Below are positions 28,826-40,718 of a stretch of 64,000 nt of DNA, piece by piece; the first letter of the stretch is position 1; every line of letters begins with the position of its first letter. Source of the DNA: Octopus sinensis (taxonomy: Eukaryota). The position numbers and the translations under genes were made by a program. The notes under the pieces were generated by a model that made no database searches, was not told the origin of the DNA, and worked only from the letters and a program-made list of their open reading frames with translations. The DNA lies in NCBI RefSeq assembly GCF_006345805.1, contig NC_043003.1, positions 74,586,001 through 74,650,000 on the forward strand, read 5' to 3'.

Positions 28826-30224
28826 CGTGGTTGTAGAAAAATCGCCGTATACCTATTTTGTGAAAATAAACGCCACACAACAAACTTCATGTCAGAATGC
28901 ATAACACAGCTTCTCCAACAGTCGAAGAAACGGAATATCTTCATCACTGTATCTCTCGATCTCATTAAGCTTTTCGGTTGACTAAGCTTTCAGTCATGAC
29001 TCACCAGAAGTATACAACCGCAGTAGTAACAACAACAAAGGCAGCAGCAGCAGAAGCAACATCAACAACAACAACAACAGTAACTACAGCGGTTGTTGTA
29101 GCAACAGCAAACGGATATTTGTGCTCCGTTATCGTATCGTCTTATAACCCTAAGCTAATGATCCTCATTGCTAACTATATGTGTATTCTGAGTTGGAGTA
29201 TCAGATTTATTTATAATGAACAATGAAGGCGTGGGTGTGCAGAGGTCAACAGCAACAACAGTTATAAATCCGTACGGTATTTAGACTCATTCTCTCCATA
29301 ACCAAAGTTCAAATATTTGATGAGGTCATTGTTTTGGTGTTTCAGGGGTCAATGATAAACACAGAACTAATAGATTACGGTCGATTTAATCCACTAAACG
29401 CTTACTTCATAAATAAGAGCTCTAATGATAATTATTTCTTCTAATAGTAATGTATTAACACGAAGTAGAGAATTTGTAGTCTTATTGGATCTCTTAGAGT
29501 ATCCCTTTAGCTTTTCTTTTCAGTTTTATTTGCCATGAGTTCTAATCCTGCTGCAGTTAACTTTATTCCCTATAATTTCAGTGCCGGTAAATAAAATGCC
29601 AGTAAATGTACGGGTGTCATTTTCCATTAATTCTTTTCTCTCTCCATTGATCGTTTACCTTCTCCCTAGATTATAATTGAATTGCCCAGGCTTGTCACAT
29701 AGTAACACACCTGTATTTTGCACTGATAAAACTCTGGACTGCAGATTGCTGAACATTTTAAGCGTTAATTTCATAAAACAAGAAAGAATTCAAGTGATTG
29801 AAGAACTCAAAGCTAGTATTCAGCGTGACAATATATCCAACATTATGAATTGATTATTTTAAAGTTCTGCCTTGGAAGAGTGTCGATGTTCACTATATTC
29901 TTCCATCTTTTAGGTCGAGATAGCATAAATAAATGCGAGACACCTGCTTTTATCTGATCGATTACATCAATCCCAATCAATTAAAAGGTATTGTGAGGAA
30001 ACGAAAGAAAACTGCTCACATGCTCATATTACTAATATCTATGTATAGAGTGGTGGGATATTCTCTTACACTGTTACGTCGATTTATGCTCTCAGTTCAA
30101 ATCCTACAACGTACTTCTTTCTTTTTTTATCTATCTGTGATGGGCATAATAAAATCCAGTTAAGTACAGATTTGAAAAGATTTGAATAAACGCCTTTCTT
30201 CAGAATTACAGTACTTTTACATAA

Positions 30225-30410
30225 ATTAGAAACAGCATGCTGGAAAAATGTTTGGCGGCATTTCGTCTATCTTTAGGATTTCAGTTCAAATCCCCTTGCT
30301 GTCAACTCTACTGTTCATCATTTCAGGGTCGATAACATAAGTATCAGCTGAGAACTGAATCGATTAACCCCCTCCCAGAAATTGCTGAACTTGTGCCAAT
30401 TTTTGAAACC

Positions 30411-30412
<2 letters not shown>
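30225..30412 (+). mobile_element. SINE family B
   Basis: aaatgtttggcggcatttcgtc...cagttcaaatcc...ggggtcgataacataagtatcag...aaattgctgaacttgtgccaattttgaaacc, followed by an (ATT) tail. Confidence 0.85.
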
Positions 30413-30449
<37 letters not shown>

Positions 30450-30456
30450 TTATCAT

Positions 30457-30512
<56 letters not shown>

Positions 30513-30559
30513 TACTACTACTACTACTACTACCACTACTACTACTATTACTACTACTT

Positions 30560-30637
<78 letters not shown>

Positions 30638-30662
30638 TTATTATTATTATTATCATTATTAT
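30413..30662. repeat. Compound (ATT)n-(ACT)n-(ATT)n microsatellite (SINE tail)
   Basis: Directly visible; starts immediately after the SINE 3' end. Confidence 0.95.
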
Positions 30663-31071
30663 TTTTTGTTCTTCCTCCTTCAATTTTGTTTCCATTTTTT
30701 GCCCGCTGTCTTCCCAATTCCTAGACCAATCAAACCAGACGCACCGGAGTTTTCGTTTTCAAAAATGAAATGAAGTTATGTGAAAAAGCAAAGAGAAATA
30801 CATTGGCAGTAATCATTCTCATATCGGCAATGCTATTCTCAATATGTGTGACGTACCAGTTAGAACAATCTCTTCTACTCCTTACGAGTCTAATAATCCA
30901 CAGCATTTCTGTAAACATTGCAAGTGTAATTTCTGTTTCCCACACCCTAGCATTATAAGTATTTACTCATTGATAACACACATGCATATGTCAATGCATA
31001 CATGCATGCATACATACATACATAAATACATACATACATACATACACCCATACATACATACATACATACAT

Positions 31072-31712
31072 GTTGGCATTCGAAAACCAAGATAAAAGCA
31101 ATTCTGGAAAGATAATTCTAGAAGTTAAGCCAAAGCTCACAGTGAGGGACAGCAGAATAACGGAACGAATACTGAAGAAAAAATCATCAAATTATAGCAG
31201 TAATTGCGACAGCAGAGCAAAATCATCACCTTGCTAAACCTGTGTAAATCCAACAGCATTCGTTGTTAGTTCCATGAAGCTGGATTTCATGGGAGAACTG
31301 CGTTTCCTGAATCACTCTTCTCCGTAATCATCATTGATGACAGAAAAAAATGTGTTGATGATCAGTAGTGGTCAATTGCGTAATAGAATAATGTCATCTC
31401 CTCGGATGATTCATCATTCTCATTTTTTTCTTCCCTGATGTTAGTGTAATCATCCAGGACGATAATGCATCAATTCACATTTCTAATGATATTCATAATT
31501 GCTATGAAGTGAACAAGAGTGAAGTAGAGCAAATGGCTTGAACATCTAAATCACTCCATTCTAAAATAATGGGACATGAATAATACACAGTCACTACAAC
31601 TACCAGCATGTATACTAATCGAAATAAGTGACAAAGACGTTAACAAACGAAGTGAGATACATTTTAAGTCACCTGATGAGAAACATTTGCACTTTTGAAG
31701 GCCAACAACTGT
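31072..31712 (+). mobile_element. Tc1 (DD34E-type) transposase remnant
   Basis: KPKLTVRDSRITERILKK (cf. GRKPKL..RDRR.L.RIV.KN), then FFFPDVSVIIQDDNASIH...MA*TSKS (cf. FQDDNA.IH...WP.QSPDLNPIE) and ALLKAN (cf. AVIKAKG). Confidence 0.8.
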
Positions 31713-31715
31713 TTG

Positions 31716-31775
31716 TATATTATCTCACTCGCAGGGCACCGATTTACGATCGGTCGAAACGATCATAATGAATAA
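31716..31775 (+). other. Decayed minimal Type I hammerhead-ribozyme-like fold (Penelope-type)
   Basis: Perfect stem ACCGAT-ttacg-ATCGGT, then CGAAAC-GATC-(A)TA. TATTAT(C)TCA upstream pairs with TGAATAATA downstream. The CUGANGA box is corrupted (CGCAGGG). Confidence 0.4.
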
Positions 31776-32358
31776 TAAAACAAATATCAATGGATTCTAT
31801 ATTCTTTCACTCATATGTTTTATATATATATCTCTCTCGGTATGAATATATATGTAGGGGTAGATTTATAGATATAGATCTATAACATATAATATCTGTG
31901 TGTCTTGATATGACTGAACTCACATATATTTTCCAATACATTGAAAACAAAACATGGCCGTTTTTATATATCATAAAAGAGGTGTTTATGTATATAAATA
32001 TACATACATTTCGGCAAACTCCTTTTATATAAGTAAAAACTATAGCAAAAGATATTATCGTTGGGAAAAAACTTTTGTCCAATAAGGTATGAAATCTATT
32101 ACCAAATATGATTATACGTTTTTTTCATGAGTGAATGCCTAGTATTAGAAATTTAGCATCCAATTCTGACTGTTCAATAAACCTTGCTGCAATTCCCGCA
32201 TTTACTTGTGTGAAATAATTTTAATACATATATATTAATTTTACTAAACATAATAATCACACATACTTAAGTAGCTATCATTGTGTACATGTTGATATCA
32301 TTGTATCCTTGTAGGTTCTCATGACTAACTGTGCTCTCCTGTCTCTGCATATTGCCAG

Positions 32359-32413
32359 TTGACAAGGAACGCAACTCTGTTTACATTACCGATGTTCTTA
32401 CAAATAGACACAG
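32359..32413 (+). CDS. Candidate 55-nt exon (unassigned)
   Basis: Branch-point ACTAAC, then ctctcctgtctctgcatattgccag|TTGACAAGG...GACACAG|gttcgt. Frames LTRNATLFTLPMFLQIDT (phase 0 to 1) or DKERNSVYITDVLTNRH (phase 1 to 2). Confidence 0.38.
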
Positions 32414-32740
32414 GTTCGTGTGTCACATAGGTAGCTAGAGGCGATGGCCTCTTGGAGCTAATCTACGGCAGCATTCGTCCTATTTTTTTGACTGCCATGT
32501 TAGATTGGCGATAACTATTAATATCCAGTACCGCTGCGGTAGTCTCCTTTACAGAGACATAGAAATATTAATATGTCTATGTACTTATTTAATATGTAAC
32601 AAACATTTATACATGATGATTTAACATACATATGCTGTTTTCTGTTAAATTTTTTCTTGTGTATGCTATTGTCATTAGTTTATACGTTGAATATCGACAG
32701 TCAGTATGGATAATCGCTACGTTATCCCGTTCCTGTTTAG

Positions 32741-32767
32741 CTGAAAATAAACTGAGACCTGTCTCAG
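32741..32767 (+). CDS. Candidate 27-nt exon (unassigned)
   Basis: tcccgttcctgtttag|CTGAAAATAAACTGAGACCTGTCTCAG|gtgagt; only phase 1-1 is open (ENKLRPVS). Confidence 0.4.
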
Positions 32768-33219
32768 GTGAGTTCATGCTGGGTGATATATAACGATTTC
32801 ATAACACAATTAATTAAATACCATTAACCCCTCAATTGATAAAAGAAATCAGAGAAAGAAAATAAAACCTAGTAATATTTAATGTTCCTCGAAGAAAAGT
32901 GGGGTTAATTTCGAGGCATTAAACATTAATTTCTGAAGTTACCATGCAAATTTAGAAGGTAAGTTTGAAAGTTTTGTGTAGAGAAACAATAACTAAGGGG
33001 ATGCATCGGCCTGTTAGAGCTTCAGGCTCTTATATGCATGCGTGTATGTATGTATGTATGTATGTATGTATGTATGTATGTATGTATGTATGTATGTATG
33101 TATGTAGGTATTATGTATGTATTAATGTATGTAGGTATGTGTGTATGTAGGTATGTATGTATGTACGCATATACGTATGCATGTATCTGTGCATGTACGT
33201 ATGTATGTATCTATCTATC

Positions 33220-33291
<72 letters not shown>

Positions 33292-35125
33292 GCATCGACA
33301 CCCCCAGACGATGGAGTAGGCTAGCCCAATACGTAGATATAGAGGGAGAAGCTAGACGTCAAGGAGTTCAGTAGAGGTCATCTGAACGTACGATATAACA
33401 ATATATTTTTATGATGGACTCTCCCGTCGAAAAAGACATATGGGTGTTCAGCTTTGGCGAAGGACCTACACAAATGATTTGTTTGTAGTGAGCAAATATA
33501 TGTTCCGTACATTAGCCCATTCCCACCATCAAATCGATGTTATCTGAACAGGTGCACGGTGTACCACACGGCAGGAATCGAAGTGATTGCAAACAATTCT
33601 GTCGACCGGGCCATTCATCAAGTGGTTTATATTGTCATAAATAAATATAATATAATCTGGACAAACTTGGCCTGACGTGATGATATATTGTACTCCCTTA
33701 TTCAATGATACCATTTTTCATGCAGTGGTACTTATATAAAAGAGTTCGGGTGGAGATTTTCTTTTCTTATGCATATCAACATAGGTGCTTGGTATTCGTT
33801 AACTAAATGTGTGTGCATGTATATATATATTGTTTTAATCATAGTTAGCTGTGTGTCTACGTATGTGTATCGGTGTGTCTATTTATAACGATACGCCGTT
33901 GCTTCACTGTATGTTATGTTCGAAATTCTAACTTTATACTTATTTGTCACTCAATCATGGTGTAAATAGACTTGTATGTAGGCCGAGGATACAAAGGAAA
34001 TTATTGAACAAAGATGCGTCACTCTGGCTCACATCGTCTCATCTATTTTCAGTTAATGTGTCTCACGAAAAAAGGAACATGTGTTTTCTTACTTCCATAA
34101 AAATACTGTGTCGAAGTGTAGGAAGATTTTGCTGCTATTTCTAGCAGGCAGATGCACTGGCCATTAACAGTCTACCGCGTAATAAATCATCAATACCTAT
34201 ACTGCTGAATGTTATATAAGACAACTGATTCTGTTAATGTAAATGCACGCGGCTGCAGTTCAAGTGCAATGCATTTAGGCCATCGCTTTTTCTTCCTTCA
34301 TGTTGTATTTATGTAGTCGTAAAGCTGTTTAACTTACTACAAGAAGAAAATGTAATACAGTTTGTGTTTATTGCAACTTTCTTCAGAGAAGTAGTGTAAG
34401 TCAAAACTTAGAAGCATTTGTAACTGGATATTGTCGATAAAAAATATTGGAAGAACATTTATTTAATTATTCGTCATATATTGTTCTGGTTGGTTATATA
34501 ACATAAACACATCGATTGCAGATATCCCATTGTGCAATTACAAATTCAGTGTTTTTATGACTGCTGGAATGACAAGAGAATGTCTGTAATTCTGTCTCGA
34601 ACAAACGTCTTTGGAGACTTCGTTCGTAAAAGACAAGCTTTTTACGGTTTATATGCCCGTGGATGTATAAACATTGCCATAGAATATAAACGCACTCATG
34701 CACAATGACATATACATGAGAATGTATGAATATGTGTAGATCTATCTATATGAGTGCATGTGTATACGTGTTTCTGTATTTGTGTGTGAGTATGAATGTG
34801 TGAATGTGTATGTATGCAAACACACGCCCAGGTAATCCTAGGATTATTTCAGTTAATCGAAATGTTTAAACTCACTATAATGCAGGAGATGTGCGACGCT
34901 ATCATATTTATCTTTTGAAATAAAAACACTCCCCTAAGCTATTTTCGCTAAACCCTATTGTTACCATTCATAATCACTTTCTATTTCTGCGTGTACAAAT
35001 CACTGTGAATATAGCGAAATAAGGGGGTTATTATTCGCTCGTATAACATCTAACCCAGCTGATTCAAATTATTTCCATTAAATAGTTGGTTTAGAAAGAA
35101 GACATATATCTGATAGCTCCCTTAT

Positions 35126-35197
<72 letters not shown>

Positions 35198-35214
35198 AGT
35201 GTGTGTGTGTGTGT

Positions 35215-35254
<40 letters not shown>

Positions 35255-35589
35255 GGTTAGCTCATGTTACACTTTAACTCCGTTTTGTGTTGTTTTAATT
35301 ACGGAAGCACTGCCATAGGGTGTTTGTCTTCTAGTTCTATGCATAAGCATAGTTAATCGACTCCTTCAAATTATTATATAATTACTACAATCTAAATATG
35401 CCCCATCCGACACACACGTATAACCACATCACGACACACACGTATAACCACATATGTGTAAATACATTTATATATGTACATGCATATGTGTATACATTGT
35501 TTAAGAAGACCGTTATCTAAGATTCTGGATTCGTCCAAATGCCTAGAACCTGGTGCAATTTTCTTATATTATCTTGACAAAAACAGCCC

Positions 35590-35693
35590 GATAGAATAAG
35601 TAGCAGAGTTAGAAGGAATAATTGCTGGGGTTCGATTCGTTCGGCTAACATCGGTGCTCCAGCAGTCAGGTGACTGGAACAAGTAAAAGAAAG
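35590..35693 (+). mobile_element. SINE family A, 3' fragment
   Basis: gatagaataagtagcag...ctggggttcgattcgttcggctaa..cggtgctccagca..gtgactggaacaagtaaaaga. Confidence 0.8.
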
Positions 35694-35703
35694 AATATAT
35701 ACA

Positions 35704-35762
35704 CAGTAATCCCTCGAATATCGCGGGTGTTACGTTCTAAAACACACCGCGATAGGTGAAGC
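35704..35762 (+). mobile_element. Terminal fragment of a Tigger/pogo-like DNA element
   Basis: CAGTAATCCCTCGAATATCGCGGGTGTTACGTTCTAAAACACACCGCGATAGGTGAA resembles the Tigger/MER2-type terminus (CAG..ATCCCTCG...CGCGGG...GTTCC....CCCGCG). No partner TIR found. Confidence 0.55.
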
Positions 35763-35784
35763 GTGATATGGCGACGGATTGCTG

Positions 35785-36060
<276 letters not shown>

Positions 36061-37096
36061 ATACAAAATGGGATAAGAACGCAAAACATCCGGACAACTA
36101 GCTGATACAGAAAGGGACAACAAAACATCCAGATAGACGATACAAAGAAAAAAAGGACGGGTCTTTCGAAGTTTTCTATTTTCAGACAAGAACCAGATTA
36201 TCCTCGCAATTTCGGCTGATTATTCTTGAGATTGCTCGAATGTGGCCAGCTAAGCTAAAATATAAGCTAAGAACAATAGATTCATTTGAAGAAAACATGG
36301 AATGTATACAAAAAGAATGGCGGAAAAAACAGACAATGTTACACAAATATAAATATAATAAAAATCATAACAAGACATAACAACAGGTGTCTTTCGACTA
36401 AGATCGAATTGAATTAAGCTGCCGCGTGTGGAAATGAAGCCTTACGGCAAAGATACATGAGTTTTACTAACATATGGAAGAATAACGATGTTGCATGGCC
36501 CACGGTCAGACCCAGAAAGAAAGAGCGAACAGTCTGGCCGATCGGTCACATGGGATGAGAAGAGAGAAAAGTAGAAGCAGAGGAACAAAAGAATTAAGGA
36601 GGGATGAGAAAAAATGGCAGGACCACAGTGAAGTGAAAAGTGGAGGGGATGTGCGTAAGAAGAGAAGGAAAAGAAATGTGAGTGAGGGTAAACGAAAGAA
36701 CGAAGAGTGGAATGAATGAATAAGCGCGAAAGGGTTGATAGAAAAAGAATCATATAAGATTTTGTAAAATGTTTACTTACATATAAAAGAACAAAGTGTA
36801 CGTACGCCGCTATGTATATATATATATGTATATATATATATATACAATACATAATGGGACAAGAACGTGAAACAACGGGACAACCAGATGATACAAAAAG
36901 GGACAACACTCATCCAGACAGACGATACAAAGAAAACAAGGACGGGTCATTCGAAGTTTTCTATCTTCAATCAAGAACCAGAAAATCCTCGCAATTTCGG
37001 CTGATTATTCTTGAGATAGCTCCAGTCTGGCCAGACCCAAGTTAAAACTAAGCTAAGAGTATTAGAGTCCTTGGAAGAACGCATTGAATGCATACA
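36061..37096. repeat. Two diverged 250-bp direct repeats (36061-36310 and 36847-37096) bracketing a ~535-bp spacer
   Basis: Both copies read atac.aatggga.aagaacg...catccaga.agacgatacaaagaaaa..aggacgggtc.ttcgaagttttctat...tcctcgcaatttcggctgattattcttgagat.gctc...aagctaaga...gaagaa...gaatg.ataca. Confidence 0.93.
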
Positions 37097-37731
37097 CACA
37101 CACACATACAGGCACACACACATATATATAACTGAGTTAATAGTGTGGGGTTTATGAATCCTGTTTAAACACTTTCAGCTTTGTGTTAATACACCAGGCG
37201 AAAAGTATTGTTTAGATTTCTTAGATTAGTTAAGAAATCTGCGTATCCTTGTGGCGGGGTCCGATGTTATATTTAATCACCATTTCTGTTTTAAATCCTT
37301 GGTAATTCAAGGTATGGGTATTAGTGATAACATATTGTTTTCTTATTGTAGTTAATTTGACTTACCGCTGCTTCTAGTAGCTGATATAGGTACGTTATTG
37401 ATAGATTTACTCAATCGAACCTTTGATCTATTTTGACAAAAATCAATAAACATAGAAAATGAATGCTACTTCCGTCAAATACATTTCTGGCTAAGAGCAA
37501 GTAGAATACTGAAAGAATGGTGTTGACTCGGGGTTGGGGCGGAGTGAAGAAAGGCCATAAGTATGCATTTGAGGTAAGCAGAGATGAGAGAAAGAAAGAG
37601 GAAGAGAAGTAATGATATATTAAAGAATGACTAAATGTGAGAGAAGAGAAAGGAAGGGAGGAATTAATACAAAGAATACTACCAGAGAGGCAGTCGAGAG
37701 AAAAAGGTGTACATGTGTGAGTGCATGTGCG

Positions 37732-37778
<47 letters not shown>

Positions 37779-38131
37779 CCTTCACACCTTGACACGGCAC
37801 TTAATATTCCACTGCTAAATTTAATTAACACTTTTGATGATGGCTTCACCGGAGAAACCTCCAAGTAAATGTCAGTAACGTCATAAAATTATTACACGAA
37901 CGACACATCTTTACTGCTTTGTTGAATAATATATATATATATTATATATATATATTATAAATATATATATATATATATAAATATATATATATGTGTGTGT
38001 GGTGTGTGTGTGTGTGGTGTGTGTGTGTATGTGTGTATGTATATATATATATAGATATATATTGCACATGTGTATATATTGCACATATGTATTTGTCTGT
38101 ATATAAGTATGTGCTTTAATGATCGACTGTG

Positions 38132-38173
<42 letters not shown>

Positions 38174-38913
38174 TGTATGTATATATACACATTCATATAC
38201 ATGAGTATAGAAGTGCTTCTAAACGGATGTATTTTCTTGAAATATCTAAACGCATGCATGCACGTGTTACACACTTCCTCACTAAATAGATTTATGATTT
38301 GTGTAGATAGATAGAACGAGTGTGAGAGTGTGAAATAATAGGCAAGATGAAGAAGGAGAAAAAGTGAGAGTGAGAGTTTTAAGGGAGAAAAAGCTGTACA
38401 GCATAGCAATTAAACGTTATGTGTATGTGTGTGAATGTTTGTGTGCATGTTTGTGTAGGCACATATAGACAAACAGAACCACAGGTACGAACGCATGTAT
38501 TTATATCTATTTTCCTGTGTGTCTGTGCATGTGTGTGCGATTTTGTGTTTGCCTATATGTGTGTGATGCTCAAAATGATTGAACAACAAACGTGTTTTCC
38601 TTTAAGTCTTAGGTCAACGCCTGTGTTTTGCAGCAGCGGCACTAGCATCACACTACTGATGTACTAATACTGCTTCTCTATCCAGAAATACATACAGGTA
38701 TACATAGACACAAACATACAGTCACACATAGTAAAGCACACACTGATAGATACATGACATTCTGCAGAAAAGCAACAATCGTAGTTGAACCATCAGTACC
38801 AAGTGTGTGTATGTGCATGTGTGTGATGTATGAGTGTGTGAGCGCGCACGCAGATACCTGTGTTGTGTATGTGTGTACGCATTTATATATATATATATAT
38901 GTATGTATGTATG

Positions 38914-38945
<32 letters not shown>

Positions 38946-39275
38946 TACATATGAGCTTGTACCTATGTGAGATACCATGCATCAACACCATGTGTATATA
39001 TACACGTGTGTGTATGTATATGCATATATAAATGTATCTATAAATACGTTTATATATAAATATTTACATACATGAATGTATTTATATATATATATATATA
39101 GATATACACATACACATATACACGCGCACACGTATACATTATACAAACACGCATCCACACACATACATATATATGTATATATATACATACATACATATAT
39201 ATATGTATGTATATATATATACATATATGTATGTATATATATATATACATATATATATACATATATATATCTATG

Positions 39276-39310
<35 letters not shown>

Positions 39311-39659
39311 ATTTGTTTGCGTGTGTATATATATACAAATATGTGCATACATATTTATATATATATGTTATATAGTTATATATATATATATATATTATAT
39401 AAGCATGTGCACACTCACACACAGGTATCGACAATTACATTTCTGCAGCTGTTTCTGTCATTACTACTGTTGCTTTTACTACTGGAAGATACATATTTTT
39501 CGCGTGTTTTTACCGCTGTTGCTGCTGTTGCTGCTGCTGCTTCTACTACCACACTCATTGCTTTTGCTTATATTTCTGCCTTACTCATTACTGCTTTCTT
39601 CATGCAACCATCATTTGCTGTACCACAACAACAACACCAACAACCGTCCCTCCTCGTAC

Positions 39660-39699
39660 ACGTCGTACTGCTGCTGCTACTACTACCACTACTACTACA

Positions 39700-39738
<39 letters not shown>

Positions 39739-39739
39739 G

Positions 39740-39804
<65 letters not shown>
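39660..39804. repeat. (CTA)n-(TAA)n microsatellite (tail of adjacent SINE)
   Basis: Directly visible; abuts the SINE 3' end at 39805. Confidence 0.95.
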
Positions 39805-39805
<1 letters not shown>

Positions 39806-39996
39806 GTTTAAATTTTGTCAAAAGGGCAGCAATTTTGGGGGAGTCGACTACATTGACTCCAGTTTTCAACTGGTACTTATTGTATCGACCGCAAATGGAT
39901 GAAAAGCAAAATCGACCTCGGCCGAATTTGAACTCAGAACGGAGTGACGAGCGAAACACCGCTAAGCATTTCGCCCGGCGCGCTAACGATTCTGCC
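39805..39996 (-). mobile_element. SINE family B, full length
   Basis: Reverse complement: GGCAGAATCGTTAGCGCGCC (A-box-like)...GAGTTCAAATTC (B box)...gaggtcgattttgcttttcatcc...aaaattgctgccc..aaatttaaacc, then an ATT tail. Confidence 0.93.
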
Positions 39997-40636
39997 AAAT
40001 AATAATAGTTTTAATTGTAATTTTTGTTATTACGCAGAAGGGTATAGATGAATATAACATCACATAGTCAGACAACAAATTGTAGGGTCCTTTTGTTAAA
40101 AAATGGAAGGAAATGGAAAATCAGTGAAATGCGATAAAAGTATACACAGTGTACAAAGTGTGTTGTAAACTAAATGATGCAGTCCTATGTATAGAGAGGA
40201 AATCTTCAGCCAGGGACAATGAAGAAACCCAACGGATCCAGGATTACCCTAACCTCTAAAGTTACGAACCCTCGCCCAACTGCTGTTCTCCAATCTAAAG
40301 GCGCACTCGTACACGGCACAGTCCAGCCCAGTAAAGCCTCTGTACCCATAGAGTCTATTTCGCACTCGCAGTGCTAGTCAGAGGCACTGCCAGGCAAGGG
40401 GGATTCTGGAGGATATCCATTGTAATACCGGGCTTGAAAGTTCTCCGAAACAATGTAGCAAGTTTGCCCTCATCAACGATTAGAAAACACTGATAACCCC
40501 AATGTTCTTATCTACTACAAGATCTCTCTATATTGTTAACGTATTACTTCTACTGATTTCATTGTCTGGCTGTTAGATGACAGAGAGTGACTGACCTTAA
40601 ACCTGGTGCTAGGCATCAAATCTTTTTCTAATGCAG

Positions 40637-40718
40637 GACTGCAGCTCCCTCAAAAAGAAGTTTTACAGAAAAATGTGTCTTATGGAGTACAACAGTGGTT
40701 TACCGTCCAGAAATATCG
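40637..40718 (+). CDS. Candidate 82-nt exon (unassigned)
   Basis: tctttttctaatgcag|GACTGC...AAATATCG|gtaagt. All three frames are stop-free (e.g. LQLPQKEVLQKNVSYGVQQWFTVQKY, phase 1 to 2). Confidence 0.4.

Noticed and set aside
31673-31684. Perfect CTGATGAG hammerhead box
   Set aside because: It is not followed by a stem II and GAAA in register; it lies within the Tc1 remnant and is probably chance.
36130-36200. Hammerhead-like CTGAA(G)A...CGAAA...GTC on the minus strand of the 250-bp direct repeats
   Set aside because: The core appears only as a composite of the two copies. The 10.1-11.1 and 15.2-16.2 pairs mismatch, and no stem I can form.
36061-37096. CRISPR-like or canonical LTR interpretation of the direct repeats
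   Set aside because: There are only two long units, no short repeat-spacer periodicity and no cas genes (eukaryotic DNA), and no TG..CA ends, PBS or PPT.
39805-39996. tRNA gene-like A/B boxes in SINE heads (also 8115, 49056, 53400, 61849)
   Set aside because: There is no cloverleaf or acceptor stem. They continue into SINE bodies and tails, so they are tRNA-derived SINE heads, not tRNA genes.
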